Below, in pieces: positions 62,204-64,000 of a stretch of DNA of 64,000 nt (within the stretch, counting starts at the first letter, position 1; each line of letters opens with the position of its first letter). The position numbers were made by a program, and so were the translations under genes. This stretch comes from Mobula hypostoma (Eukaryota). Where the stretch lies: the NCBI RefSeq assembly GCF_963921235.1, contig NC_086097.1, positions 197,162,001-197,226,000 of the forward strand. The letters run 5' to 3'. Below the pieces are notes generated by a model. It worked only from the letters and a program-made list of their open reading frames with translations, was not told the origin of the DNA and made no database searches.

Positions 62204-64000
62204 ACCAGAGGGAGATGATGGGCAGGTAAGGAGCAGTAACATGAAAGTGGATTGGGAAAACCAGGCCAGTACTGGACCTCAAGAGAGAATTTGTAAAATG
62301 TTTAAATGATGGCTTTTTAGAACAACTTGTTGTTGAGCCTACTAGGGGATTGCTGTGCTGGATTGGGTGTTGTGTAATGATCCGGAGGTGATAAGACAGC
62401 TTAAGGTTAAGAAACCCTTGGGGAAGAGTGATCACAATATGATCGAGTTCACTTTGAAATTTGAGGAGGAGAAATTAAATTCCAATGTGTTGGTATTTCA
62501 GTGGAATAAAGGAAATTAAAATGGCGTGAGAGGGGAACTGGCTGAAGTTGCCTGGAAAGGGACACTGGCAGGAAGGACAGCAGAGCAGAAATGGCTGGAG
62601 TTTCTGTGAACAATGAGGAAACTGCAAGAGAGATATATTCCAAATAAGAAATTTTTGAATGGAAGAAGGACACTACTGTGGCTGACAAGTGAAGTCGGAG
62701 TCAAAGTAAAAGCAAAACAGAGGACATACAAGGAAGCCAAAGCTAATGGGAAGATAGAGGATTGGGAAGCTTTAAAAAAACTTACAGAAGGAAACTAAGA
62801 AGGTCATTGGGAAGGAAAAGATGAATTATGAAAGGAAGTTGGCACCTAATATCAAAGAAGATACTAAAAGCTTTTTTAAGTATATAAAGGGTAAAAGAAA
62901 GTCAAGGGTAGATATAGGACCAATAGAAAATGACGCTGGAGATATTGTAATGAGAGATGCAGAGATGGCAGAGGAACTGAATGTGCATTTTGCATCAGTC
63001 TTCACAGTGGAAGACATCTGCAGTATACTGGACATTCAGGAGTACGTGCAGTGAAATTACGACTGAGAAGGTGCTCAGGACGCTTAATGGTCTGAGGGTG
63101 GATAAATCTCTTGGATCTGATGGATTGCACCCTCATGTTCTGAAGGAAGTAGCTGGAGACATTGCGGAGGCATTAACAATGATCTTTCAAGAATTGATAG
63201 ATTCTGGCATTGTGTTGGATGACTGGAAAATTGCAAATGTTATTTTGCTATTTAAGAATAGTGGGAGGCAGCAGAAAGGAAACTATAGACCTGTTGCCTG
63301 ACATCAGTTGTTGGGAAGTTGTTGGAATCGATTGTTAGGGATGAGATTACGGTGTACCTGGAAGCACATGACAAGATAGACCAAAGCCAGCATGGTTTCC
63401 TGAAAGGAAAATCCTGCCTGACTAACCTCCTGCAATTTTTTTGAGGGAGTTACAAGTATGGTAGACAAAGGAGATGCAGCGGATGTGGTGTACTTGGATT
63501 TTTCGGAAGGCTTTTGACAGTTGCTGCACATGAGGTTGTTTTGGAAGATAAGAGCCCATGAGATTACGGGGAGGTTACTAGCATGGGTGGAGCATTGACT
63601 GGTCGGCAGAAAACAGCGGGGGAATAAAGGGATCCTATTCTGGCTGGCTGCCGGTTACCAGTGGAGTTCCACAGGGGTCGGTGTTGGAACTGTTGTTTTT
63701 TTATGATGTATGTCAATGATTTGGACTATGGTGTTAATGGATTTGTGGCTGAATTTGCTGATGTTACAAAGATAGGTGGAGGAGTGGGTAGTGTTGAGGA
63801 AACAGAAAGCCTGCAGAGAGACTTAAATAGTTCAGGGGAATGATCAAAGAAGTGGGAAATGAAATGCAATGTTGGAAAGTGTATGGTCATGCACTTTGGA
63901 AGAAATAAACAGGCATACTGTTATTTAGATGGGGAGAGAATTCAAAATGTAGAGATGCAAAGGGACTTGGGAGTCCTTGTGCAGGATATCCTAAAGGTTA
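62204..64000 (+). mobile_element. Degenerate CR1 ORF2, running off the window
   Basis: SDHNMI, NIKEDTKSFFKYIK, DKSLGSDGLHPHVLKE, GNYRPV, EFADVTKIGG. Confidence 0.85.

Overview
Eukaryotic, repeat-dominated vertebrate DNA. The retroelement repertoire (CR1, Rex1/Babar, V-SINE, Penelope-like, HERO, fish-type L1) suggests a cartilaginous fish, probably a ray; this is an inference. The only host gene recognised is TRAPPC9 on the + strand, with a CpG-island promoter candidate (~25.2-25.8 kb), a first coding exon (31927-32510) and the next exon (57384-57529) separated by a ~24.9 kb intron. Most of the rest is nested retroelements, solo LTRs and one Harbinger derivative. Highlights: (1) a family of Penelope-like terminal repeats carrying a minimal hammerhead ribozyme, including ~100-140 bp stand-alone insertions with their own target-site duplications (TSDs), three hammerhead copies lying on the TRAPPC9 sense strand; (2) a full-length 5.8 kb L1 with a 16-bp TSD and intact ORF1; (3) a HERO-type element nested in a Penelope copy; (4) an 88-nt near-perfect hairpin ~1 kb upstream of the promoter; (5) an RTE fragment replacing part of a CR1. 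Family names come from motif recognition, not database searches, and boundaries of degraded repeats are approximate.
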